From NCBI GenBank assembly GCA_043804895.1, contig JAZDIN010000025.1:36764-100763 (forward strand): a stretch of 64,000 nucleotides of DNA. Reading direction: 5' to 3'. Every line of letters begins with the position of its first letter. Positions within the stretch are counted from its first letter, which is position 1. A program made the position numbers and the translations under genes. The notes beneath the pieces are model-generated. The model was not told the origin of the DNA. It was given only the letters and a program-made list of their open reading frames with translations, and did not search any database. This DNA is from Candidatus Altiarchaeota archaeon (lineage in GTDB: Archaea; Altiarchaeota; Altiarchaeia; IMC4; SCGC-AAA252-I15). Positions 29,003-38,827 of the stretch are shown in pieces.

Positions 29003-30775
29003 TCTGTAGACGCTGAATCTCTCGTTCTCCCAGACGAGTTCACCAACTCCTCCCAATTTTTCCTTGTCGACATCCCTCAGACTACCATCCGACTGGGTGA
29101 AAATATAATAACTGACGTTCTGTGCCCTGGCAGTCTCAACTATCCTGTCCCACCCCTCATACGGCGGTATAACCGCCAGTAGTCCTGTGTAGAAGTTGAC
29201 GCGTTGACCGTCCTCTGACATTATGATACTCCCTTCAGGCACTGTCTCTCCAATCATATTCATCGCCTTAAGGTCAGGCCTTTCAGATATTCTTACGCCT
29301 GAGAGTAATGCAGTCTGAGCGACCATAGAAAGTACAATAACCGTTAAGAGTACACCCCTCCTCCCCACAATATATGCTGCTGCATATGCTAAAAATATTG
29401 GGGTTAAGGGGCTTAGGAAGTCCACGCTAACTCCGTCCGACTTCGGGTAGCCAGTCCACAATGGGCCCACAAAGCTGGAGAATGCTAGAACAAAAAACAG
29501 TAATGTGCCACTCACATGCCTTAGGTTGGATAGTATGTAAAGGATGGCGGCCGTGAAGGCCAATAAGCTAACTAGGTTCATAACAGAATTGCTCATAGTC
29601 CAAATAAACCCATACTCCTGCATCTTGTTCGGTGGCGGGACGTACGTTGTCACCATATTTATCAGCCGATACATCACGGCCTTCAATACCCCGAGAACAC
29701 CGCCCCCCAACCTTTCAAGATAGGATGTTGGTGTTGGGGGGGTTAGTGACTGGTATTCATCCCACTTCGTCATGAACGGCACATACCTTGCCGTCGTATA
29801 CAACGGATTGCCAAACAGGGTATAGTTTCTGACAAACCACGGTGTCAACACAACAATGAAAATCAAAGCAGCCATAATATTCTCCCTCGCGAATATCTGA
29901 TACTTATTCCTTATGGCCTGATAAACGACCACTGCAATTATAAACCATACTGCCGTATAGTGCGTCAGATAAGCGAATGCGGCAGATAGTGCCGCATACG
30001 CACTGAAACCCCTACCCCTCACTGTGAAATAAACCATCATCGTTACGAAAAAAGAAACCATTACTCTCGGTTCAAGCTCTATAGAACGCGAGATAAGGAA
30101 AAAATTCACAGAAACCAGCAATCCACTTATCCACCCTACCTCATGATTGAACAGCCTAGTTGCCAGAAGATAAATACCTAATACCAGGAAAACCCCGAAG
30201 AATACATTAATTGAGACTGCTGAGGCGTAGTCTACTCCATTAAACACCATGCCAAGAGCGTGCAGAAAATCCTGAAGTGGTGGCCTATAATTGCCAGGAA
30301 ACGGGAATCTAGTGTATGGTGTCCAGTAATTGTCTATAACATCAGTTGTGAACCATTCAGCGGTGAGGAAGCTTCTAGCATAAGAATAGTGGGCGTATGA
30401 GTCGCCGACAACGGGATTGGGGTTTAGTTCAAACAAAGCTACTCTCAAGGCCAATGCCAATACCAGTACCACAATAAACTTATCTAATCCACTGCTAACT
30501 CCTGCCGCCTCCCGACGTTTGAGCCCCTCTGGCCTCCACTTTCTTGCGGACAGATACACTACTACTGTGGCAAATGTAACCGCTCCCAACAGTGCATCGA
30601 ACCCAAGCTGGACCCCAATGGCGTGAAGTACAAGGGCGCATGAACCGTACAAGAGGGTCGAAGCCAAGACTGCAGCACAGAACCGTTCGACAGCGTCAAG
30701 CCTCCTGTCAAGGCCAGACAGAACGTAACCGGGGGCATAAAAGAACACCACTGTCCTTAGAAATTCTATTATCAT
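28994..30775 (-). CDS. ArnT/PMT-like GT-C glycosyltransferase
   Basis: 'GDSYAH', 'YRPPL', 'AYLTHY', 'PWFVRNYTLFGNPLY'; multi-TM; start ATG 30775. Confidence 0.8.
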   Translation of the reverse strand: MIIEFLRTVVFFYAPGYVLSGLDRRLDAVERFCAAVLASTLLYGSCALVLHAIGVQLGFDALLGAVTFATVVVYLSARKWRPEGLKRREAAGVSSGLDKFIVVLVLALALRVALFELNPNPVVGDSYAHYSYARSFLTAEWFTTDVIDNYWTPYTRFPFPGNYRPPLQDFLHALGMVFNGVDYASAVSINVFFGVFLVLGIYLLATRLFNHEVGWISGLLVSVNFFLISRSIELEPRVMVSFFVTMMVYFTVRGRGFSAYAALSAAFAYLTHYTAVWFIIAVVVYQAIRNKYQIFARENIMAALIFIVVLTPWFVRNYTLFGNPLYTTARYVPFMTKWDEYQSLTPPTPTSYLERLGGGVLGVLKAVMYRLINMVTTYVPPPNKMQEYGFIWTMSNSVMNLVSLLAFTAAILYILSNLRHVSGTLLFFVLAFSSFVGPLWTGYPKSDGVSVDFLSPLTPIFLAYAAAYIVGRRGVLLTVIVLSMVAQTALLSGVRISERPDLKAMNMIGETVPEGSIIMSEDGQRVNFYTGLLAVIPPYEGWDRIVETARAQNVSYYIFTQSDGSLRDVDKEKLGGVGELVWENERFSVYRLV

Positions 30776-30887
30776 TGGTCTGCTAAGACTATTGTTAAGT
30801 AATATATTTATCCTCAATCCAACGGTTTTTAGCATACACTGACATAGCATAAACCATGGGTTCACCCGCAGGTAACGGCTGCCTAGT

Positions 30888-30903
30888 TGACCGAATCTTG
30901 AAG
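30888..30903 (+). promoter_or_regulatory. Putative BRE-TATA promoter
   Basis: TGACCGAATCTTGAAG, near-identical to 15156-15171(-); in-frame GTG follows at 30925. Confidence 0.4.
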
Positions 30904-30924
30904 AAATGCGGGGCATTGGGCATT

Positions 30925-31635
30925 GTGGACTTGTGGGCTTCCACAGACAAGAAGTACATAGACCATCACGAGAATTTCCTGAACCTCACAGAGGAGGGGT
31001 ACTCCGATGACCTCATAAAACATATGCGTGATGTCAGCGGACTTATTGGTGTGGACATAGGCTCCGGTGGCGGCGTGGTTGCAAATAGGCTGGCATCTTT
31101 GGGCGCGTCAGTCAATGTGATGGACATATCATTAAACGCTGTGAGGCATGCTACGTCATCTGGTCGCGTTCTTGGGGTTCAGGCTAATGTAGAGCATATG
31201 CCCTACAAGGATGATGCGTTCGATTTCTGTGTCTGCACGGATGTTGTGGAGCATGTGGTTGAATATCATCAGCTAGTTAGTGAGATACAAAGGGTATTAA
31301 AACGAAGTGGTGTGGCTTATCTAACAGTACCAAACGCGTACAGTTGCAAGAACTTACTTCTTGATCTCATATTTCCTATCCTCACAGGAGTATCTCGAAA
31401 GGTCACTGGCCACAAGCCTCAACTACCCTCCCGGGGCCATATAAACCTCTTCAGCAGGAAGAGCTTTGCAACCTTTTTGTCCGAGAGTGGTTTCATCATA
31501 GAGGCTGTTGAGGGCAGTAAGGTCAAGGATATCTCCAGGTACCGTCTTGTGGTGAATCCTCTATCAACTCTAGCTGGCTTTATCATACCCTCGATGGTGG
31601 TTGATGAGCTCATGTTCATGGTAACACCCGAATGA
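30925..31635 (+). CDS. Class I SAM-dependent methyltransferase
   Basis: 'VDIGSGGG', 'FDFCVCTDVVEHV', 'LTVPN'; start uncertain (30856 or 30925). Confidence 0.85.
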   Translation: MDLWASTDKKYIDHHENFLNLTEEGYSDDLIKHMRDVSGLIGVDIGSGGGVVANRLASLGASVNVMDISLNAVRHATSSGRVLGVQANVEHMPYKDDAFDFCVCTDVVEHVVEYHQLVSEIQRVLKRSGVAYLTVPNAYSCKNLLLDLIFPILTGVSRKVTGHKPQLPSRGHINLFSRKSFATFLSESGFIIEAVEGSKVKDISRYRLVVNPLSTLAGFIIPSMVVDELMFMVTPE

Positions 31636-31685
31636 TGCACCATGCTATCTCAGAGGTGTTACTCACAGGGCGCAGAAAAAAGGTT

Positions 31686-32396
31686 TTACCTTCGCCTACT
31701 CTTGTATGTCAACCTCAGCGCAAAAAGGCTCACATATCGTATTCCCATCCGGATTAAGTTGAACTTTGTCTTTCCGAATCGCCTGTTGAAATAGGTCGTT
31801 GGTATCTCGCCGAGTTTGTAACCGTTCATATGGGCTTTTATCGCAAACTCTGGGCTGATGGAAAAGTCGCCTGCCTCAGGCATGGCGTGGTCGAAGACCT
31901 CCCTTTGAAATCCCCTATAGGCATTTGTTATGTCATGTATAGGTATCCTAAAAATCAACCTAGCAAGCCTTGTGTAAGTGGAGCCGTAAATCGCCTTATC
32001 AGTTCCGAGTTCCCCCCTTGAGCCGCCCCTCATGTAACGGGAGGCCATCACCATGTCGTAGCCTCTGTCGAGTTTGCCGACCATCTCCCCTATTATGTCT
32101 AGTTTGTCTGACCTGTCTGCCATAACCCAGATTACGTACTCTCCTCTTGAGCTTCTTGTGCCTTCAATCAGGGCGTATCCCATGCCATTATCTCCCCTCC
32201 TCCTGTGGATACACCTTATCCTGGGATTACTCTTAACTAGTTTGTCGCATATTTCCGGTGTCTTGTCGCTGCTGTTGTCATCAACGATTACAATCTCCCA
32301 GTCATCATCTGAAATGACTCCCAATAAATTTTCAACAAGGGGTGTGAGGTTGTCATCCTCGTTGTAGGCTGGAATTATGACAGAATACTTCACCAT
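31686..32396 (-). CDS. GT2 dolichol-phosphate-sugar synthase-like
   Basis: 'IIPAYNE', 'VDDNSSDKT', 'ASRY..GG', 'DITNAYR'. Confidence 0.88.
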   Translation of the reverse strand: MVKYSVIIPAYNEDDNLTPLVENLLGVISDDDWEIVIVDDNSSDKTPEICDKLVKSNPRIRCIHRRRGDNGMGYALIEGTRSSRGEYVIWVMADRSDKLDIIGEMVGKLDRGYDMVMASRYMRGGSRGELGTDKAIYGSTYTRLARLIFRIPIHDITNAYRGFQREVFDHAMPEAGDFSISPEFAIKAHMNGYKLGEIPTTYFNRRFGKTKFNLIRMGIRYVSLFALRLTYKSRRR

Positions 32397-32401
32397 TCTA
32401 C

Positions 32402-33526
32402 TCACTTCTCGACGAGGTTCCTGTCCTCAAGCTCCTTCAGGGCATCTTGGCTTCTGTCTTCTGCCTCCTGTTTTGCGCCCCATTTCACCAGGTCTCTCAT
32501 CCCGTCCTCGAACTTCACGTTCGGTTTGAAGCCTATCTTCCTTATCTTAGTGATGTCAGCGTAGCAGTGCCTTATGTCGCCTGCCCGGTATTTGTTCTTG
32601 ATTTCAGGCTTGATTCTTTTGCCGTATAGCTTGGCAAATGTTTCGGCTATGTGCAACACAGTGACTGGTTTGCCTGTGCCGACGTTGAACATCTCATAAT
32701 CTGCCTTCCTGCTATCCAACACCAGCATGTTGGCTGCGACGATGTCCCTAACATCTATAAAGTCCCGGCTCTGCAGCCCGTCCTCATAGATGACTGGGGG
32801 GTTGTCGTTTTTTATATTGGATTGGAATATCGCGCACACTCCAGTGTATGGATTGGAAAGTGACTGCCTTGGGCCATATACGTTGAAATACCTCAAGGCA
32901 ACGGATGGTATGCCATATGCTTTCCCAACGGACAGGACCATCTCCTCCTGGTCGCGCTTGCTGACGGCGTAAACTGAAGTTGGCCTAAGCGGTTTATCCT
33001 CCGGTGTCGGGGTAGATATTGCCTCACAACCACAGCATGGGCATCTCATCTCCCACTCATGCGATTCAAGCTGCTTCTGCTGCCGGTAGTCTGGTATTAT
33101 CCTTCCACATTTGCTGCACTCGTACACGCCTTCACCGTATATGCTCATGGAACTTGCCACAACAATCTTTTTTATGTCGTATTCTCCATTCACTATCTCG
33201 TCGAGGAGAAGTCCAGTGCCCCTGCAATTGACGTCAACATAATAGTCTATGAGGTACATGGACTGGCCTACCCCGACAGCCGATGCTTCGTGGAAGACGA
33301 CATCAACATCTGATAAGGCGCGTTTTAGGTCGTCTCGGTTTCTAACGTCCCCCCCGATGAACTTGGCCTTCTGGTTCAAGTAATCTGGATTCTTCCGGTC
33401 TTTGCCATGGACTTGCGGGTCAAGGTTATCGAGTATCCTCACATCGTTTCCGCGTTTTATAAGTTCGTCGACTATGTGGCTTCCTATGAAGCCAGCGCCG
33501 CCAGTGACAAGAACAGAATGTTTCAT
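32402..33526 (-). CDS. NAD-dependent sugar epimerase/dehydratase with Cys-containing insert
   Basis: 'VTGGAGFIGSH', 'VGVGQSMY', 'SSMSIYGEG', 'YAVSK', 'NPYTGV'. Confidence 0.9.
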   Translation of the reverse strand: MKHSVLVTGGAGFIGSHIVDELIKRGNDVRILDNLDPQVHGKDRKNPDYLNQKAKFIGGDVRNRDDLKRALSDVDVVFHEASAVGVGQSMYLIDYYVDVNCRGTGLLLDEIVNGEYDIKKIVVASSMSIYGEGVYECSKCGRIIPDYRQQKQLESHEWEMRCPCCGCEAISTPTPEDKPLRPTSVYAVSKRDQEEMVLSVGKAYGIPSVALRYFNVYGPRQSLSNPYTGVCAIFQSNIKNDNPPVIYEDGLQSRDFIDVRDIVAANMLVLDSRKADYEMFNVGTGKPVTVLHIAETFAKLYGKRIKPEIKNKYRAGDIRHCYADITKIRKIGFKPNVKFEDGMRDLVKWGAKQEAEDRSQDALKELEDRNLVEK

Positions 33527-33543
33527 ATTAGGGCTAATATTAT

Positions 33544-34485
33544 TTACTGGTTTTTATAAATGCCTTCCACCCACTCCACTGTCCCTTTGAGGCCGTCGTC
33601 GAACTTGACCTTAGGGGTCCAGTCCAACTCCCCCCTAGCCTTCGTAGTGTCCGAGGATGTGTGCTCTACGTCGCCTTTCTGGTCCTCTACGTACTTTATC
33701 CTCCCCTTACCCGTTAGTTCGATTATCCTCTCAGCCAACTCTTTCACTGTTATTGTCGTGCCTCCGCCTATGTTGTATGCGCCGCTACCCCTCGTCAAGG
33801 CAAGTGTCGTGGCCTCCACAGCGTCCGAGACATGGGTGAAGTCGCGGCTTTTGCTACCGTTCCCATAGACCTCCAATTCTCCGCCTGCAAGAGCCAACCT
33901 CGTGAACTTTGAAATCGCAAGGTCAGGCCTAATCCTCGGTCCGTACACGGTGAAATACCTCAGCGCAACATACTTCATACCATAAAGCTCCTCATAGACT
34001 CTGAAATAGTTTTCACATGCCAGTTTGCTGACACCATACGGTGATATTGGGGTTTTCGGGTGTTCCTCGTCGAAGGGCAGGTACTCGACCCTGCCGTATA
34101 CTGATGAAGAAGAAGCGAAGACAGTCTTTTTCACATCCGAATCCCGCGTTGCCTCAAGCAGGTTCAGCGTTCCCGTGACATTGACTTCGTTGGTTTTCAC
34201 AGGGTTGTCGACTGATGCCCTCACACCCGCTTGCGCAGCCTCATGAACCACGTAATCTGGTTCCTCCTGCGATACTACCCTCTTGAGCCTCTCCAAATCC
34301 CTTATATCTGCCTTAATCAGCTTGAACTCCCCAACTATAGGCCTGATGTTGTCTCTTTTTATTTTTTTGCTGTAGTAGTCGTCAAAGTTGTCAATGCAGG
34401 TCACATCATGCCCGTCTTTAACCAACCTCTCGCACAAGTGTGAACCTATGAAACCCGCCCCTCCAGTAACAAGAACCCTACTCAT
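33544..34485 (-). CDS. UDP-hexose/hexuronate 4-epimerase-like SDR
   Basis: 'AAQAGVRAS', 'ASSSSVYG', 'YGVSK', 'RYFTVYGPR.RPDLA'. Confidence 0.88.
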   Translation of the reverse strand: MSRVLVTGGAGFIGSHLCERLVKDGHDVTCIDNFDDYYSKKIKRDNIRPIVGEFKLIKADIRDLERLKRVVSQEEPDYVVHEAAQAGVRASVDNPVKTNEVNVTGTLNLLEATRDSDVKKTVFASSSSVYGRVEYLPFDEEHPKTPISPYGVSKLACENYFRVYEELYGMKYVALRYFTVYGPRIRPDLAISKFTRLALAGGELEVYGNGSKSRDFTHVSDAVEATTLALTRGSGAYNIGGGTTITVKELAERIIELTGKGRIKYVEDQKGDVEHTSSDTTKARGELDWTPKVKFDDGLKGTVEWVEGIYKNQ

Positions 34486-34572
34486 ACTACGTACTTATCT
34501 AATGCGAGCCTTTATAAGACCGCTTTATCCACATCCTAATTAACACGCCCTCAAATAACTACCTGAAGTTAG

Positions 34573-35637
34573 GTGTCCAAAACGAGTCTAATACGTCGGA
34601 TAACGCGGTTTATGGTGAATCTAAGGTATGTGCTGAAGGTTTGCAAGCCGCGACTCTATTTACGTCTGATAAAAACTTACATACTCATAGCCTTCGGCGC
34701 AAGACCGCTGCGTTACGTTGACTTCGCTCTTGATTACCGCTGCAACCTGAAGTGCGAGCACTGTTTCGCCACCGTATTGGAGAAGCCCAAGGGCGCTCGG
34801 AAGATGACACTCGAAGACTATCGCAGGGTCGCTGACGAGTGCATGAGTGAAGGGGCGATACAGTTCTCATTCCAAGGCGGCGAACCCCTCCTAATCAACA
34901 ACCTGGCCGAAATAATAGCATGCTTCAAACCAGACTGGAACCTAATCTCTGTGACAACGAACGGAACACTCCTCAACGAGGATAGGCTAAAATACCTCAA
35001 GAAGGCAGGAGTCGACATACTGACTGTGAGCCTCGACAGCGGCATACCCGATGAGCACGACTCATTCAGAGGCCTCAAAGGAGCATTCGACAAGACTGTC
35101 TCAGGCATAGAGCTAGCATTGAAATCAGGCTTGAAAGTAACTGTCGGGACAGTGGTCTCTCACAGCAACCTCCGCTCCGATGGACTTAGGAAGCTATTAG
35201 AATGGGCTAAGGGCAGGAAACTCCTAGTGACACTCGCACTGGCCGTTCCAGCGGGACGGTGGCTTGACAACAAGGGCATACTCCTGACAGAGCAGGACAT
35301 GACATATGTCCATAAGCTTTCGTCAGAAAGCCAGTTCATAACAACGGATATCGAAGCAAATTTCATATCATACGGGTGCGGGGCAGGGAAGGAGATACTT
35401 TACATCACCCCCTATGGTGATGTGTTCGTATGCCCGTTCATACACATAAGATTCGGCAACGTGTTCGAGGAGAGCATAAAGGCCATACGTGCAAGGGCGC
35501 TTAGGAACAAGTATCTAGACCACTACCACGACAAATGTCTCGCAGCACAGGACAGGGAATTCATCGAGAAATACCTCTCCAAGACGTTCGGACAAAAACA
35601 ACTACCACTAGACTACAAAGAAGTCTTCAGTGATTAA
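34573..35637 (+). CDS. Radical SAM protein with SPASM/twitch domain
   Basis: 'CNLKCEHC', 'GGEPL', 'CGAGK..YI.PYGDVFVCPF'. Confidence 0.9.
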   Translation: MSKTSLIRRITRFMVNLRYVLKVCKPRLYLRLIKTYILIAFGARPLRYVDFALDYRCNLKCEHCFATVLEKPKGARKMTLEDYRRVADECMSEGAIQFSFQGGEPLLINNLAEIIACFKPDWNLISVTTNGTLLNEDRLKYLKKAGVDILTVSLDSGIPDEHDSFRGLKGAFDKTVSGIELALKSGLKVTVGTVVSHSNLRSDGLRKLLEWAKGRKLLVTLALAVPAGRWLDNKGILLTEQDMTYVHKLSSESQFITTDIEANFISYGCGAGKEILYITPYGDVFVCPFIHIRFGNVFEESIKAIRARALRNKYLDHYHDKCLAAQDREFIEKYLSKTFGQKQLPLDYKEVFSD

Positions 35638-36616
35638 CATGGCAAAGGTCTTCGTCACAGGCGCTTCAGGGTTCATCGGCTCAAACCTTGTTCGTAGGCT
35701 TGTTGAAGACGGCCATGACGTCTCTGCCATGATGAATAGGCACCCCTACCATCCACTTCTTGAAGGCGTAAAGTTCGAACGCGTTGTCGGAAACCTAACT
35801 GAGCCGACCTCCTTCAGGGAGGCTCTTGCAGGATGCGACACCGTCTACCACTGCGCTGCGTTGATAACGTTCCGCGGAGGCTACAATGAACCCTACAAGG
35901 TCAACGTCGAGGGGACCCGTAATATCCTGGATGTTTCATTGGGTGCTAGAGTAAGGAGGTTCGTGTTCACCAGCGCATGCGTCACCCTAGGCATATCAAA
36001 GTCGCCGGATGTCGTGCTTGACGAGTCCTCCAAATTTGCGCCGCCGAAGTCCTGGGTCTACGCTAACACGAAGCACTTGGCTGAAGAGATGGTGATGTCC
36101 TACTCAAAGAAAGGAATGGATACAGTCTCTTTGAACCCTTCCACAGTATACGGTGCCGGAGACCATTCCCTAAACAGCGGGTTCACAATAAAGAAGGTTG
36201 CTGAAGGTAAGGCAATTTTCGCACCACCAGGCGGAACAAGCTATGTCTCAGTCAACGACGTCGTAGATGCTCACATCCTAGCCATGAACAAGGGAGTGTC
36301 TGGTGAGCGTTACATAATCTCAAGAGAGAACCTCACATATAAAGAACTCTTCAACCGTATAGCCGACGCAGTCAAATCCACCCGGGTTAAGTATGTGTTG
36401 CCAAAAATACTACGATATCCTGCATACTATCCCATGGTTGCTATTGAACAACTCATAACTCCCCCAATTCCATCACGCCTAATTGATGAGCTTTTCATCT
36501 TCAAATACTATAACAACCAAAAGGCCGTCCGTGAGCTTGTTTGGGCTCCAAAAGAGGATTTAGGCGCAGCAGTGCTTGAAGCCGTAGAATATTACAGAAA
36601 GTACAATTTGTTTTGA
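35630..36616 (+). CDS. NAD-dependent epimerase/dehydratase (HpnA/dihydroflavonol-reductase-like)
   Basis: 'VTGASGFIG', 'VNVEGTRN', 'YANTKHLAE', 'GG...V.V.DV..AH..A...G..GERYI'. Confidence 0.85.
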   Translation: MINMAKVFVTGASGFIGSNLVRRLVEDGHDVSAMMNRHPYHPLLEGVKFERVVGNLTEPTSFREALAGCDTVYHCAALITFRGGYNEPYKVNVEGTRNILDVSLGARVRRFVFTSACVTLGISKSPDVVLDESSKFAPPKSWVYANTKHLAEEMVMSYSKKGMDTVSLNPSTVYGAGDHSLNSGFTIKKVAEGKAIFAPPGGTSYVSVNDVVDAHILAMNKGVSGERYIISRENLTYKELFNRIADAVKSTRVKYVLPKILRYPAYYPMVAIEQLITPPIPSRLIDELFIFKYYNNQKAVRELVWAPKEDLGAAVLEAVEYYRKYNLF

Positions 36617-36638
36617 CTGATTGAAATGGGGTGTTGGT

Positions 36639-38036
36639 ATGTCTCTTAGGATATGTCTGGTGATGCCGAAGATAGATGACAACAACTTGACTCCGCCCCT
36701 TGGTCTCCTGTACATAGCCGCTGTGTTGGAAAAGGAAGGCCACACGGTAAAATACTTCGACGCCAGGATAGAAGGCGACGTCATAGGTAAGCTAAAGGAA
36801 TTCAGGCCTGATGTCCTCGGCGTTACAGCAGTCACTCCGTCTTTTCTTTCAGCTGTGGAGATAGCGGAAAACGCAAAGAAGGCACTGCCAAAATTAAAGG
36901 TAGTGTTTGGCGGGCCGCATCCCTCAGCCCTACCTAAGGAGACCCTTGAATCTGGGCCGGTAGACTTTGTTGTGATAGGCGAGGGGGAGTATCCGATGCG
37001 GGATCTCTGCAGGCTACTTGGGGAGGGCGAGGATCCTTCAACGGTCGCGAATCTAGCCTACATGAAAGACAGAAGATACGTGCGAAACGCCAGAGTCAGA
37101 ATACTCACCGAGGAGGAGTTGAATTCGCTACCCTTTCCAGCACTACACCTGCTTGATGTTGAGAGATACTTCACAGTGGACAAGTCGTATGGCGTGTTCC
37201 TCAAAGACCGCCGCAACCTGCCGATCATATCGAGCCGCGGATGCCCTAGTTCATGCACCTACTGTAGCAGGATGATGGGAGCAAAGTTCAGGGGTCGCAC
37301 TCCAGAGAGCGTATTAGCTGAGATGGAGCATCTAATCAGGGACTTCAATGTGGGGGAAATACACATAGTCGATGACAATTTCACCCATGACCGTTCGAGG
37401 GCGATGAGGATACTAGATGGCATAATAGAGAGGAAATTCAACATAGCAATAAAGTTCCCCAATGGTATGCGTGCCGACAGGACCGACCCGGAGCTCTTCA
37501 TGAAGATGAAGCTGGCCGGGGTGTACTCTATAGGATTCGGGATAGAATCTGGTTCTCCGAGGATTCTGGAGTTGATGAGAAAAGGTGTAAAAATAGAAAG
37601 GGTCGCCCAGGCCATAAGGGATGCGAAGGAAGCCGGCTTATTGGTCGGGGGGGCTTTCATCATAGGATACCCTGGAGAAAACAAGGAGAGCATACTGGAG
37701 ACCATAAAATTCGCAACAAGCGTGCCGCTTGACACGGCAAGCATAGTGACTATTGTCCCGATGCCTGGCACAGAAGTCAGGAGGATATGCGAGGAGGGGG
37801 GGTATCTTACCGAAGACGCCAAGGACTGGAGCAAATATTTATTCATTAGAAACCGTCCATACAAGCTATTCGAAACAGAGCATCTCAGCTTCGAGGACAT
37901 AAAGAAATACACTGACTTGTTCCACAAGCGATTCTATATGCGTCCAACATACGTTTTGAGGATGCTTAAGGTGCTGAACATAACCCAGATAATAAGGGGT
38001 GTGAAGACCGTATTCTTTCCCTTCCTTGACCATTAA
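36639..38036 (+). CDS. Cobalamin-binding radical SAM protein
   Basis: 'PPLGLLYIAA', 'GGPHPS', 'GEGE', 'SRGCPSSCTYC', 'DDNF', 'GIESG'. Confidence 0.92.
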   Translation: MSLRICLVMPKIDDNNLTPPLGLLYIAAVLEKEGHTVKYFDARIEGDVIGKLKEFRPDVLGVTAVTPSFLSAVEIAENAKKALPKLKVVFGGPHPSALPKETLESGPVDFVVIGEGEYPMRDLCRLLGEGEDPSTVANLAYMKDRRYVRNARVRILTEEELNSLPFPALHLLDVERYFTVDKSYGVFLKDRRNLPIISSRGCPSSCTYCSRMMGAKFRGRTPESVLAEMEHLIRDFNVGEIHIVDDNFTHDRSRAMRILDGIIERKFNIAIKFPNGMRADRTDPELFMKMKLAGVYSIGFGIESGSPRILELMRKGVKIERVAQAIRDAKEAGLLVGGAFIIGYPGENKESILETIKFATSVPLDTASIVTIVPMPGTEVRRICEEGGYLTEDAKDWSKYLFIRNRPYKLFETEHLSFEDIKKYTDLFHKRFYMRPTYVLRMLKVLNITQIIRGVKTVFFPFLDH

Positions 38037-38080
38037 ACCGGTGCTACTGGAATATTATATGTCAAACAATATGTCTTAAG

Positions 38081-38827
38081 ATGGCAACAGCCGACGACGT
38101 AAAGGATGCGAACAGGCGATTTTTCGACTTAGCAGCCGACGTCTACGAGGGTGTTGACAAACGGCGTGGCGATAAGGTTAGCAGATGGCTTGACGACGGC
38201 ATAGGTGAGTTGAGTAAGAGAGCTACTGGTGGCGCGTTACTCGACATCGGATGCGGGACGGGATTTGTGATGCGAAAGTCAAATGGCAAGTTCAACCTCA
38301 TAGTCGGCGTTGACATAAGCCCGAACATGCTAAAGCAGACTAATGTCGGTTATCCTGTCTGCGCTGACACCGATTACCTCCCATTCAAGGGCGGAGTCTT
38401 CGATGCCGCGGCGTCTGTGGCTGTGCTACATCACATACTCGACCACAAGTCTATGTTCCAAGAAGCGCAGAGGGTCCTCAGGAAAGGTGGTGTATTCTAC
38501 AGCGACCATGACATAGACTCCGAGTTCGTTAAAAAGTTCGGCTGGCTTGTAAGGTTGAGGCGGAGATTCTGCGACAATAGCATAGCCTATCTCAGGGCTA
38601 AAAAAGACCTCACCAAGGAACTGTATGAGAAATCAGAGATACACCACGACGGAGTTGACTCCCCTCTGCTCAAGACTCAACTCCAAGATGCAGGATTCTC
38701 AAAAGTGAAAGTCAGATACCACTGGCTCGGCCTAAACACAGCCCTGAATGTTATACTATCACTTCCCCCCCTCAAATATCTGCCTCACGGATTCGCACCG
38801 AACGCATCATTTTGGGCTGTAAAATGA
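38081..38827 (+). CDS. Class I SAM-dependent methyltransferase
   Basis: 'LDIGCGTG', 'GVDIS..ML', 'LPF', 'VLHH'. Confidence 0.88.
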   Translation: MATADDVKDANRRFFDLAADVYEGVDKRRGDKVSRWLDDGIGELSKRATGGALLDIGCGTGFVMRKSNGKFNLIVGVDISPNMLKQTNVGYPVCADTDYLPFKGGVFDAAASVAVLHHILDHKSMFQEAQRVLRKGGVFYSDHDIDSEFVKKFGWLVRLRRRFCDNSIAYLRAKKDLTKELYEKSEIHHDGVDSPLLKTQLQDAGFSKVKVRYHWLGLNTALNVILSLPPLKYLPHGFAPNASFWAVK

